Shown here piece after piece: positions 23,501-33,384 of a stretch of DNA of 64,000 nucleotides (within the stretch, counting starts at the first letter, position 1; every line of letters starts with the position of its first letter). The position numbers and the translations under genes are program-made. Below the pieces are notes generated by a model. It made no database searches. It was not told where the DNA came from and saw nothing but the letters and a program-made list of their open reading frames with translations. Source of the DNA: Botryllus schlosseri (Eukaryota); the NCBI GenBank assembly GCA_051294905.1, contig CM119382.1:3286001-3350000 (forward strand), in the 5' to 3' direction.

Positions 23501-23689
23501 TTAAAAGTCGTGGGAACACGGGATTACAGAACATGATCAAATTAAAAGGTATCTATCAGCTCTCATTGTCTGAATATACCTCGAGACACGGGGTAATAAA
23601 AGACCAGGGTTGTTACGGCGTTTGCCCGGAACTTTATGGGCAATTTTACTAATCTTGGCAAACAATAGAGCTAATATTCTGATAGGCAT
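4384..23689 (-). CDS. ADGRL: Latrophilin (ADGRL/LPHN-family) adhesion GPCR, gene 1; spliced CDS of 21 exons (first exon tentative), ~1495 aa
   Basis: All introns are GT-AG with compatible phases; exon lengths sum to 4488 nt (divisible by 3). Domain order RBL-OLF-STP linker-HRM-GAIN/GPS-7TM-tail matches vertebrate latrophilins. The symbol is family level only. Confidence 0.93.
6853..7020 (-). CDS. Gene 1 putative alternative (cassette or alternative terminal) tail exon, 168 nt
   Basis: ttgcaag acceptor and T|GTAAGA donor; GC-rich island; phase-1 entry gives three 14-aa repeats xYExSPxxT(L/M)(S/T)R. Confidence 0.65.
7837..7918 (-). CDS. ADGRL: Gene 1 exon: tail ([27 protein letters not shown])
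   Basis: tttcag / G|GTAAAC sites; RRMWxxTV matches the latrophilin SRIRRMWNDTV motif. Confidence 0.92.
8326..8481 (-). CDS. ADGRL: Gene 1 exon: helix 8 / proximal tail (VRKEYRRFF...TPGRY...SLQ)
   Basis: acgcag / CAG|GTATGA sites; VRKEY and TPGRY are recognisable latrophilin tail motifs. Not in the ORF track on this strand. Confidence 0.93.
8703..9463. mobile_element. GACTCGAGTC-rich MITE family
   Basis: Imperfect inverted ends CATGGATGTAATGACTCGAGTC / GAGTCACTACGGCCCTG with many internal GACTCGAGTC palindromes. Related segments at ~1605-1720, 2110-2200, 57775-57975, 63780-63925. Confidence 0.7.
9489..9657 (-). CDS. ADGRL: Gene 1 exon: TM6-TM7 ([16 protein letters not shown]...[21 protein letters not shown])
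   Basis: 169 nt; ttgcag / AAG|GTAGGC sites; LLGxTW and NxFQG..I.IFHC motifs. Confidence 0.97.
10509..10731 (-). CDS. ADGRL: Gene 1 exon: TM4-ECL2-TM5 (IPALVV...YGTEDACWL...FIWSFVGPV)
   Basis: 223 nt; tcgcag / AA|GTGAGT sites; YGT...CWL and FIWSFxGPV latrophilin motifs. Confidence 0.97.
10889..11142 (-). CDS. ADGRL: Gene 1 exon: TM2-TM3-ICL2 ([14 protein letters not shown]...[16 protein letters not shown]...YYLCGY)
   Basis: 254 nt; ttccag / G|GTAAGT sites; aGPCR TM2/TM3 motifs. Confidence 0.97.
11655..11882 (-). CDS. ADGRL: Gene 1 exon: GPS cleavage site and TM1 (WSDQGC...CECDHL|TSFAVLV...[26 protein letters not shown])
   Basis: W...GC...C.C.HLT.FAVL is the canonical GPS autoproteolysis/Stachel motif; tttcag / AG|GTACGG sites. 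Confidence 0.97.
12243..12289 (-). CDS. ADGRL: Gene 1 small exon: GPS start ([16 protein letters not shown])
   Basis: tttcag / GG|GTATGT sites; supplies the CVYW of the GPS motif. Not in the ORF track (47 nt). Confidence 0.9.
12449..12618 (-). CDS. ADGRL: Gene 1 exon: GAIN B ([16 protein letters not shown]...[10 protein letters not shown]...ALITLQHRE)
   Basis: ttccag / GAG|GTACGC sites; F.LY.NL..FL, S.VISA and TL.H GAIN motifs. Confidence 0.93.
13145..13333 (-). CDS. ADGRL: Gene 1 exon: GAIN B start ([15 protein letters not shown]...SFP...DSIDLS)
   Basis: tttcag / G|GTAGGT sites; FP...DSI.L pattern of GAIN subdomain B. Confidence 0.88.
13508..13679 (-). CDS. ADGRL: Gene 1 exon: GAIN A ([10 protein letters not shown]...[16 protein letters not shown]...)
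   Basis: tcgtag / G|GTGAGT sites; GC-rich open frame; 57 codons + 1 nt. Confidence 0.88.
13880..14310 (+). repeat. Dispersed ~420-bp repeat (ATGACGTCAC core), second copy at ~47570-47990
   Basis: Shared AAAAATCAAT(A/T)TAAAACAAACATGTTTTTTATTG...ATGACGTCAC..TAATTATGACGTC block and matching 3' block. Confidence 0.75.
15288..15439 (-). CDS. ADGRL: Gene 1 exon: GAIN subdomain A helices ([17 protein letters not shown]...ARSMVE)
   Basis: ctacag / GAG|GTAAAT sites; open helical frame with phase fit on both sides. Confidence 0.85.
15581..15703 (-). CDS. ADGRL: Gene 1 exon: HRM end (FATWRC...[15 protein letters not shown])
   Basis: atttag / G|GTCGGT sites; A.W.C...W...PD...C..W motif. Confidence 0.9.
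15924..16169 (-). CDS. ADGRL: Gene 1 exon: Ser/Thr/Pro-rich linker plus start of HRM ([15 protein letters not shown]...ECPSRNG)
   Basis: tttcag / G|GTGAGT sites; mucin-like linker followed by C...I.WP.T.....C.P hormone-receptor motif. Confidence 0.92.
16344..16900 (+). repeat. Expanded ~40-45-bp minisatellite inside an AATTAG MITE
   Basis: About a dozen imperfect units GA(T/C)TAGAATT(A/G)GAATTATA(G/A)CTACAGTTTTTT..AAAT. Confidence 0.85.
17285..17585 (-). CDS. ADGRL: Gene 1 exon: olfactomedin part 3 ([23 protein letters not shown]...[14 protein letters not shown]...PSE)
   Basis: gtttag / G|GTAAAT sites; [11 protein letters not shown] and YNPRxxxLYxW OLF motifs. Confidence 0.94.
17785..17988 (-). 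CDS. ADGRL: Gene 1 exon: olfactomedin part 2 ([11 protein letters not shown]...[12 protein letters not shown]...DHLTVT)
   Basis: ccacag / ACT|GTAAGT sites; 68 codons; VDExGLWVxY OLF motif. Confidence 0.94.
19899..20161 (-). CDS. ADGRL: Gene 1 exon: olfactomedin part 1 ([11 protein letters not shown]...WTKDP...[11 protein letters not shown])
   Basis: tttcag / AAG|GTATGT sites; FxCPG, WxKDP and VVYDxxLYY motifs of latrophilin OLF. Confidence 0.93.
22267..22376 (-). CDS. ADGRL: Gene 1 exon: RBL end ([36 protein letters not shown])
   Basis: tttcag / A|GTAAGT sites; [12 protein letters not shown] is the hallmark of SUEL/RBL domains. Confidence 0.96.
22842..22954 (-). CDS. ADGRL: Gene 1 exon: RBL middle ([38 protein letters not shown])
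   Basis: ttttag / AG|GTATAA sites; AxYGR...IC...NxxC lectin motif; phase 0 in, phase 2 out. Confidence 0.92.
23023..23144 (-). CDS. ADGRL: Gene 1 exon: start of RBL/Gal-lectin domain (AGWGWPDEE...[19 protein letters not shown])
   Basis: tttcag acceptor, CAG|GTCTGC donor; CExYPIxxRCPGxDVI is the latrophilin lectin N-terminal motif. Confidence 0.9.
23650..23689 (-). CDS. Gene 1 candidate first coding exon (signal peptide [13 protein letters not shown])
   Basis: Acceptor tttag at 23700-23701, then 10 nt of UTR and ATG at 23689. The phase-1 donor A|GTAAAA joins exon 23144 to give [18 protein letters not shown], a hydrophobic signal-like stretch. The donor is weak. Confidence 0.4.
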
Positions 23690-26600
23690 GCCGCGGTGAC
23701 TAAAACTAAATGGAAAACTAGTAGAGACGTTTATAGTATCTTCATTTATAGAAGCGTAAATCAACAGCTTTGTTTGTAACGAGCTACATATTGGCTTCAT
23801 AATGTGTCTTTTCGGCGATATATGAATTTCCTGCCCTGGAGAAGACTCGAACTAATTAGAGAGAAATTCCGGTGATCTAATTTCAATATAATTTGCGAAA
23901 CGTTTCTTTGCTCAAATTCCAATTCTCATCTAATTTGTGAAATGTTTCTATGCTCTAATTTTAATTCGAATCTAATTTCTGGTTTCCGTGAAAATGCTAC
24001 ACGAGAATTGTAGAGTACGAAACCAGCCAAGCTTGCCGGACAAACATATATTTGCAGACTCTATGATTTGATATGAACTAAATTTCATTCAATGCCGAAG
24101 TTTTCGTGAATTTAGTAATTCGAATTCGAATTTGATTGGGAAAAAACTATGTAGCTATTATTAAAATTCAGAATAAACTGTGTAGCTATAATTCTAATCT
24201 AATTTTTTTTTAAAACTGTGTATAGTTATAATTCCAATTCTAGTCTAATTTGGAAGTAAAGTGTGTAGCTATAATTCTAATTCAAATCTAATTTGGAAAT
24301 GATGAAAATTGTATAGTTGCTTCAAGTCTTTGCTTTAGTTAGATGATGTTGACAATGCGTGTCAGCGGGAGGCGATGCCATCACGACCATCGTTAAGTTA
24401 GGGTTTAGAAATTAGTGATCTATTGTTATGGGTGATAATTTATTCACGCTAGCTATCTAGAGTCAAGTCATGTCCTTCGTAATAAAAGTTCAATGTGTCA
24501 CTTCATATCGAATTCAGTCCAAAACTAAGTAGCATACGAATGAGAATTGGCCAGTATGAATGTTTGGAAACAGACAATCTTACCTTGCGCTTTCAAGTGT
24601 GAGATGCTGCATAATACATAAAAAAGACATTTCCCGTACGTCCGGAGCATTATCTCTTTTCGATCTTGCCTTTACGATTGACGCTTCACTGCAGCATTAA
24701 TATTGATGTCTCGGGAACATCGATACAAATCTTAACGCGAATTCAAAATATGCTATAGGATGATCTGTAAAATTCGTGTCACACTTCATTAGATACACCT
24801 CTCAGGAACATATGTCAGGTCTCATTGCCTCCTATCGCGATCAGTTAACTGCCGTGCATCCTCCAAAGACCACACTGAATATATCGACTGTTAGATCACT
24901 TAAACCGCAAACAATAGTACTACCATTTATTAACTAAACATATACGCTCGTTTACCCAATAAAACACATAATGCCTGTGAAATTATACTACATATCGGAG
25001 CACTGCTTCATATTTGCAACAATACTGCCAAACATCTAAGGCGATAACGACTTCCGCACGTTTGAATGAGCAAATGAAGTCACTGTTAGTCTAATGGTAA
25101 TACCTAACTACCGAGCTGCGCCGCAAACACATCCCAAATTTCACGGGTCTAAACTGTGACATTGAAAGATAATGAACTATCAAAGGCAGGATCAATAACA
25201 TCCCATTACCGCAAGCCTTCAGGTTCTCAACTAGCCGTCCCACGAGCCTCGTCGCTCACAGAAAATTGCCAATCGTGTGCTACTATTTCCAGAAATTACG
25301 CACACAGTAATTAGACAGCCCTAGTGCGAAAAAATTGGATATTTAATTTTGAAGCAGCAAGATTTCCCTTTCACTTGAATAGTATTTTCATAGTAATAGT
25401 ATATTCAAAACAATACGAATATACTATTCACTTGCATATTGAAGTTCTGTACCTCCACGAAGCTCATCAATTTCCTTCAATAATTCGAGTTCAACACAGA
25501 CAGTATAGAATATGTGTGCTAAAATCGAGATGCTACATAACCGATATAGTATGTTTACAATACATACGTAATCTTGCAAGCCCAGGTTTGGTATGATAGA
25601 CATTTATATAAAGAGAAAATCTAAAATTCGCGTCTTTTAAAAAGTTGGTTTTTGTAAGAAAGCTCATAGCACTTTGATACAATTCTTTGTAACCTCATTC
25701 GATGCAACTTCATTGAATTGATATGGAATACTTGCGCCGCATTGTATTTAAGCAAAACGGTTTCTCTTATTGGATAACGATTTTTCTTACAGCCCTGTTG
25801 TCAATGCAGAATCGTCATATGTGCAGTTCACCGTTTCGCTAGGCTCAAATTAACCGCTAATCCCGGTTAATCCTAAATCTATAAGATAGAATCGACTTTT
25901 CTCAATTGATACACGTTCTTGATTTATCAAACCTTTCTTATCTTATTTGGTACGATTGGTCCCCCGAATACCGTGGCAGTACGCGCAACGTCTGAAGGAC
26001 CTTTTCTCATTTACGCTTGTTAGTGACCGAGGAATAATAGTCGGGGTTGTGGCGTCTTGCAGTCGAACATTGACTGGAATTTCACGGATTTTTTACTAGG
26101 AATGATCGATTAGTGTCGCTCTGCCGTGATCTCCCGATACACCTTAATATCAGTGACAAATCAGTGAAAATACTATTATAAAAGACGCGTTATCTGACTT
26201 CACGGTGTCAACTGACATCCGCATGGTCCGTCCAGTATGTTTACACGTGTTGGGAAGTAACGGCTGTCGGCAAAATATCATATTTCAGAATGGTACAAAC
26301 TATACTGGCTTTTCAAAATGCGCAACTAGAACTAGAACTACTCGCTTCCTAAAAATCTCAACTAGAACTAGAACCAACTACCTTTATCAATCTGCGACTA
26401 CTTAACAACAACTCAAACTTACATGATTCAATTTTGAATCAATCAAATTACATTTGCGGTTTGCATAGGAGGGGTGTCGACTTCCGACCATCAAAACCCA
26501 CCCCCTGGCTATACGCCCTATTCGTAGTGATGACGCCGAGCCAGATATTGCTGCAAGGACATCACACAACAGAACACCGGTATCACGATTCACGCCATAA

Positions 26601-28929
26601 TTCACGCCAGAAGTTAGTTGACCGTCAACTAGCTATGTATTTTGTACGAACTGTCATATATACCATCTATATACCACAGACAAGAGGCATCGCATACGAT
26701 ATGTTTCGATACAGCCAAGTTTTTGCAATAGAGATTTGTCTAACTTCAAATGATGCACATTACACAAGCTTAGTTTTCTCGTACTACATAATGCATGTGC
26801 CAACGCGCACTTTACAAGCTCAACGAAACGTTACCTCGTTAACCTATCAATTCACTGCATCCGATTTGACATTCCTAATGCGAAATCCGTATTGGTTGGC
26901 AAATGTAAACGAACTCTAGCACAACGCAACCGCTACAAATAGATGCAAATCTAAGCTATTGTACTATAAGCTGGAAAGAAATATGTTACAGATACTGTCA
27001 TTCAGTCACAGCGACAGTATATATACCCATGAAGTTTGTCATTGGACAGAACAACGTTCGTACTAGTCCAAGTCGATACAGTTGAACATTAAGTTTTTGA
27101 TATATTTCGAGTTTGAGCCTGAAACTAATACATACAATAACATTCCCGATAGGCTGATGGTATAACACACAGATATAAATATAAGTTAATGACGATACGC
27201 CACAAGGCTACATACACTAACGACTAAATATAATGCAGATAACAACATGTTAAGCACACAAAAACTTAACCACGTACGTAATCACAGAAAAAGAAACAAG
27301 TGTCCTGTCTATTTTCGGTTCTACAAATCTCCAAATACACTGTCATTACGTCCGCCACATGACAATATTTCATCAACACGCGGCCTTCTCCATAAGAACA
27401 GTCAGGTATGAAATTGCCGCTGGATGTTAATTTGAAAATGGTTCGCCAATCGCCCGCCTACTGAGACGATATGAAATCTGCTTCACTTACCAAGTAATCA
27501 TAAAGCTAACAACATTAACCTCACGGCTACCGCGGCGGAATCTTGTGAAACGACTTGCACGCGTGGCGACATTCGATTTATGTTGGTTCAGCAGGTTAAT
27601 GCGGAATTTATACGAAGTAATGTCGCAGAAAACGAAGAATAAACTGACAATATCGCGGTAAGGGAGCTGAATTTTCAAGCAATTCAATCTCTGGACCATG
27701 TAATCAATTGTAAGACCTTATCAAACAGCGTGTTTCATCTGGTGATTCAAGTGTGCAGATAAAAATGGCGTGGAATAGGCGTGGCCTGTTCGTTAGTGCT
27801 GAAGGATCAATGAGCATTGAGCATTTAAAATGTGCGAGATAGTACTCGTGAATATAGTAAATTTAGCAGCAAACAATATAAACAATATAAATTTGGCGAC
27901 ATGAATATATTGTTTGCTGCTATATTGAATTTCTGTACTTTCAAAGGTCTAATTTAATGGATGGGCGCGTATACAGGTGGCACGTTGAAACCAGACGTTG
28001 ACAACTAAAATTATCAATTTTAATAAAATTTCATGAATTTGATGCAAGTTACTTTTCATTAAGCTAGAATATTTAATTCTAATTTTCTTAAATTATATCG
28101 AAATACCGGTAATTTGATTGTAATCTAATTCGTGAAACGTTGATTCCCTCTAGTTCTAGTTCTAATTTAATTCGGAAAAGCTGTCTGGTTGTCTCTGTCA
28201 ACAGGACCACTACTTGTAATAGCTAATCACTTTTCAAAATTCAGAACTGACCAACTAAAACACAACCAACTATATCCAATTCGGAGGTATAACAGTAATG
28301 TTATTTTATCGCAATCGGATAGGCTTTCCGCATCGACATCAGAACCAGTTTGAAATGGGAGGGGTTTCTACCTCCGAAATCCACCCGATGGCTATGCCAC
28401 TGATAGTAGCTAGAGATGACTCTAAGCCAGCAATGCAATGGGGTAGTGTTTTTATTTGTTCGGAAACTACGTTTTTAAATGCGCAACTAGAATCAGAACT
28501 ATACCGATAGTCTGTTAGAGTGTTATACATTCAGCTGTATTCGTAGTTTCAACAGGTCCGAACACTACCAATCATAGCGTGATATCTACACGCGGTACAT
28601 AGCTGCGTACACGCACCTCGTTTGTGTTTTGGCAATTGGCGACAGACAGATATTAGCAACGTCTGCAACGGGCCTTATTGCGATTGAAACACCATCGGTC
28701 TTTCCGCGCGGAATAATCACGCACGGGAGCGTGGGAATGTCATAAGAATTACGGGAATTAATCTTCAAGTCGGAATTATTTACAGCCAATGGCGCGCTGC
28801 GTAAGTGCGTAAGCTCTCCATCGGTAACACGCGGTACCACGTTATACAACCTCGCAAATAATATACCACTCTACGGTAAACTCATAGCCGCCGACCAGGG
28901 CTATGTCTGTAACCTAGATGTATTTAATG

Positions 28930-29121
28930 TGGGGTTACCATATTTTGGAATCGGAAAAGGAGGACACCTTTTCACTCGAATCTACTCACTATCTTAGCTC
29001 TAAAAGCTGTAAAGGATGACGAATTGCGAAAAAGAAGCACAGTTAGGCGTCCTCGGAGGACATTTTTAAAAACCTCAAAAAGGAGAACAAATCCTCGTAC
29101 AGAAGGACGTAGGTAACCCTA
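28930..29121. mobile_element. Short copy of the same hAT MITE family
   Basis: Ends TGGGGTTACC / GGTAACCCTA; 8-bp TSD ATTTAATG on both sides. Other copies at ~10069-10392 and ~1903-2100. Confidence 0.85.
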
Positions 29122-31312
29122 ATTTAATGTATTGGGCCGAGAATTGCACAAGATGTGAACTTATCAAAACCCAGGTTGACGGAACTAAAGGCTATAGTCG
29201 GACACATGTTTCGAGAGGAAATATCCCATTAGCTTATCCTGCCGACGCGGTAACTATCAGCCAGGGGCGGGCAACATACAGCGCGCGTCGGGAATTGTGA
29301 GCGGACCGCAGACAGTTTCCGGTCTCATAATAACGTGGCCCGCGGCCAGGGTCTACTTACGTTTCCGACCATGAACATTAACAAGACGAAAGTTGCGTTC
29401 CTATCTAACTACCGTTCACGTGCAGCCTTTACTATGGGTTTCTACGTCCGACATTTAGCTATAATTCAAAGAACTTGTTGGTAACTTTGATCGACCACAC
29501 AATCACACATGTATCCTTGACCTCAACAGCTATTGAAGTACATTACCGTACGTTAATAAATTCATTGAACACTGGTCTCTATGCTTTAAACTTGAAGTTT
29601 ACATTACGTACGATTTATTCCTTATACAGCTGGAGTGGATAAACACGCGATTAATGTATCGATTCAGGAATCCGCCGCCGCCAACTAGAATTTCCCCATA
29701 TCCGACCCTCCGAATGGATAACTTGTCCGTCCCAGCTCTTAGCTGTATGATCTGATATTTCTGAGCTACAATGCATCAAAGAGAATAGCCCCGCCTAATA
29801 CACTGCAGCCTCTTTTTGACCCGAAGATCTGTTTTATTGAACTGTTAATACTGCTAACGTGTCGCATCTACCTTTCCCACCGCTGAACTTGTTGAATTAG
29901 CGACAACTAAGTTTTGTCAACAAGCTAGTAATAACCTTACGTGAAGGCACAATGGCGAATCTAACTAATTGCTCAATAACTTAACGAGCGGAAGTCATTC
30001 CAAAGCGAAGCTATATTCTATCAATTGCTTTTGGTGACATCACAATTTCTGCATAGCATTCTGACCTAACGTCTGAGGTCAGCACCTTGGCGAGATTATG
30101 AAAAATGTTACGAAAGGACACCGAGGTCGAATCGCTGTATAATCGTAACAATGTAACGAAGTTCAAAGCAATGTCGATAATGCAGTACCGGCAGTTAGAT
30201 ATATGTATTGTGCGGTAATCCATTATCATCGATACAGTGTGTTTATAACATTGGTCAAATCGAACTTGAATCGTCACCGATACACCAGACCAGGACAAAT
30301 AGAAAAAAAAAATGCTATTCCAGATTCGATTAGAATTAGAATTATCTAGTTGTGAAACTATGAATCCGGACCTTGTCTGCCTCAGTATTTGCTTAGTTCT
30401 TTGTAACAAAGCCAAATCCATGGCCGTTGAGTTACAGCTGCGAGTTAGCGTTTCCAAACATGAACTTTATAAAGAATATATTTCGCATCTGCATGACCAG
30501 CGAAAACCTTCGCCACTGCCTTCGACTTGATCTCACTGGCAAGATGTAAATAATGGAAATTCTCTCACTAGCGGCGACTAACAGATCATTGAATACAATT
30601 CGCTTATTGCTTTTGCTAATACCGGATTTTGTATATAGTTATGTTGTTGTACATTTGCATGCCTGAAGATTACTTCGTGAAAGTTATACCTACCTAAGCA
30701 ACTGGACCTTTGCTAAAGATAATTTAGTGCGACAGTATTGGTCTGGCCGCATCGAAAAAGCTCTTTCCATTTCATAAGCCCACGCGGTGTAACAACACCG
30801 TTCCAATATTTCAAAGCTTCGAGTGCCCTCCGAAATTCAACTAGCAAATTCCGCCAACCCGCAACCAGTTTATTTACCCGCGCGAGTGGTTACAAAGCGC
30901 GGCACTTGTGCTCGAAAATTGTTACAAGACAGCTTCGCTCAAATCAACAAATATTCCGTCACGTTCATTCAGAAGGCAAGTCCTACAATCCAAGGAGTCG
31001 AATTACTCACATATATCGCATAATTAATGACTATTTTAGGACAAGCGATGAGGCAATAGGTATTTGGGTTAAAACAGCAGAAGATTACTGGAACAGGAAT
31101 GACTTCACCGCTAATCATGCGAAAAATATATTGCTATATTCATTGCCCGTGGTTAAAGTATAGTTATTTGAAGAGCTTCTTGGAGGCACAGAACCTCAAT
31201 ATACAATTAGATTGAAATGAACCCGAATATTTTCAGCTGACACTCGTCAAAGGTAATCGTCAGGAACTATATATATCAACCTATATCTATTGTTCTTTCC
31301 AATTCTCTACTA

Positions 31313-33384
31313 CACTGTAAAAAATCTGGTAGATTTACTGGGAAATCTCTGTAAATTTTACCACGAATTACCGGTCGCAGCCAATTACTGTGCGTAGCTT
31401 GTCATTTTACATTTTGATATGTAATATTACCTTAATATAGCTGTAAAGTAAGTTACCAGATTTTCTTCGCAAAATTACTGACAGTTACTCGTTACTGCAG
31501 TTTACCGGGCTATTGGCAAAATTGATTAGCTTCAAAATCGCTGCAGCCAATGTATACGTAGAACTGAATGTTACTGATATATCATTCTAGAGGTGATTTG
31601 ACCTGATTGAACCTCGTTTGCGAGACTGGGGTCTGTCACACCGAAATTGTTGGCCCTAGTATCAATTTAAGCTTAGTAGGGTACAAGAAATAACTGACAA
31701 TCGTGGCTAATGTGGTACACCGTAGCCATATTATATTATAAGGCAATGGCTGTACGTACGGCCAGTCTCGCTGGTTACATTCGTTGTCACGGATAAGGCT
31801 GATAAGTTAGAAAATTAGTTCAGGATGTATAGTATAATATTGCTCGGGGAAACTAGAAATATCAGCACCGCATGCTCAGCTGACCATTTGTTAATGGCGG
31901 ACAAGGCGACTGTAATAGGTTTCATTAGGTGACTGCTTTTTCTGAGATTCGTAGTAAACAACCAACGCACAACTGTGACATCACAAGCAGCGTCTGGTTG
32001 GGTAAGTACAACACGTGTGAACAGTGAACAACACGTGGAATATATATCAATTTATGCGAAATTAGATGAAAAAAGGGACTATATATGCAATGATAAATGT
32101 TTCTGTATGGAAAAAACGACCCAGATCAAACATTGTAACGTGACCAGTAAATATTATTGGTGTCATGTATCAGCGGATGAATACCATTTATTTCGAAATC
32201 GTTCGAGGGTCGTCTGGCCAGTGGCCATTAGTGAGATTTGAGCAAAGGGTGCATGGAGCGAAGCTTGTTGTGCTTGAAGAAAGTGGACACGATCGTTGAA
32301 GATTCCTAGGAATGCTGAATGGAATACGCATCTTAAAAGGTAATACAGTACTACATAGTATTTGTTACCGTGAATATCTGACTCTGCACACCAGCCCTCG
32401 ATGACTTGGATTTCATGATTGATATATTTCATTCGCCGCATTCTCTGTTCTATTTTGGGATATTTGTCGACTTATATAGTGACCACATACTCGGCTGCGG
32501 AGGAGTTGTAACTGTTGGCTTGGTAATGTCATATTCGGGCCATAGCATAGATATGTTTTCATCCACTGCTGGAATTGTTTGCCACATATGCCACCTTAAA
32601 TTAGGAACCTTTTGCTTCAATACAGAGATAAAGTCATGAATCTCTGCTATATGCCATGTAAAAGGCGGAGCCGTCATCACACAATGTGCCAGTACCGGTA
32701 CTTCAAAACATGTTATATTTTTGTTAGCCTATTTGTCTTAGTCTTTATAATGTCATGTCCACTGTCCAGGTTAGGAACTTCGCTTTATATAGCGACTTAC
32801 GCATGAATTCTTTTTAGTGGAACTGCAAGATACTACTTACACAGAAGGAATGAGAACGAGAAAAAGAAACAATTGGAAGTTTGGCCGGTGGTGGAATTAA
32901 TTCACGTTTTCTTGAGACCACTCGTGTTACTGCATGTCTCATAAAGAAGAATTAGACCTCCAGCAGCAATATTTTTCCATCGATAACCACTTCATCGTGA
33001 TATCATGAATGAATATAGAGTTTGTTCCAATGTCGTTTTGGGGATGTGAAGAAAATGTTGCGATATTTTTGCATCGGGTTGCTTTGCGATAGGTATGGAT
33101 GTACGTGAATTTACAAGCTGGTATGTAATCCTGATTTACAGGGACAGCATGTAGGTAGGTAGGCGGTAAAATGACAGTCTCGATCGCAAATGTACAGGAG
33201 AACATGTAGATTAGATATACCGGAGGTGACTGTAACATTGCAGTCTGGCGTGTAAAGTGAGATTACCGGACGAGTGTAACTTCAATTTACATTGACTAAC
33301 GGTAATGTTAGATTACCACGAAATGTCTGGCTACCGTGCTTCCAAACATTTCGCGGTAAATCGAGGTTTTTATTTTTTACAGTG
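31313..33384. mobile_element. 2.07-kb CACTG (CMC-EnSpm-like) non-autonomous element
   Basis: TIR CACTGTAAAAAA / TTTTTTACAGTG, TA duplication; splits a MITE whose intact form (TCTCTACTAGTTGCTGACG) is seen at ~13440. Confidence 0.75.

Noticed and set aside
26434-31163. Longer orphan ORFs 26434-26919 (161 aa), 30011-30457 (148 aa), 30738-31163 (141 aa)
   Set aside because: No recognisable motifs or exon-like boundaries; the first two overlap dispersed repeats; lengths are within chance for 64 kb.
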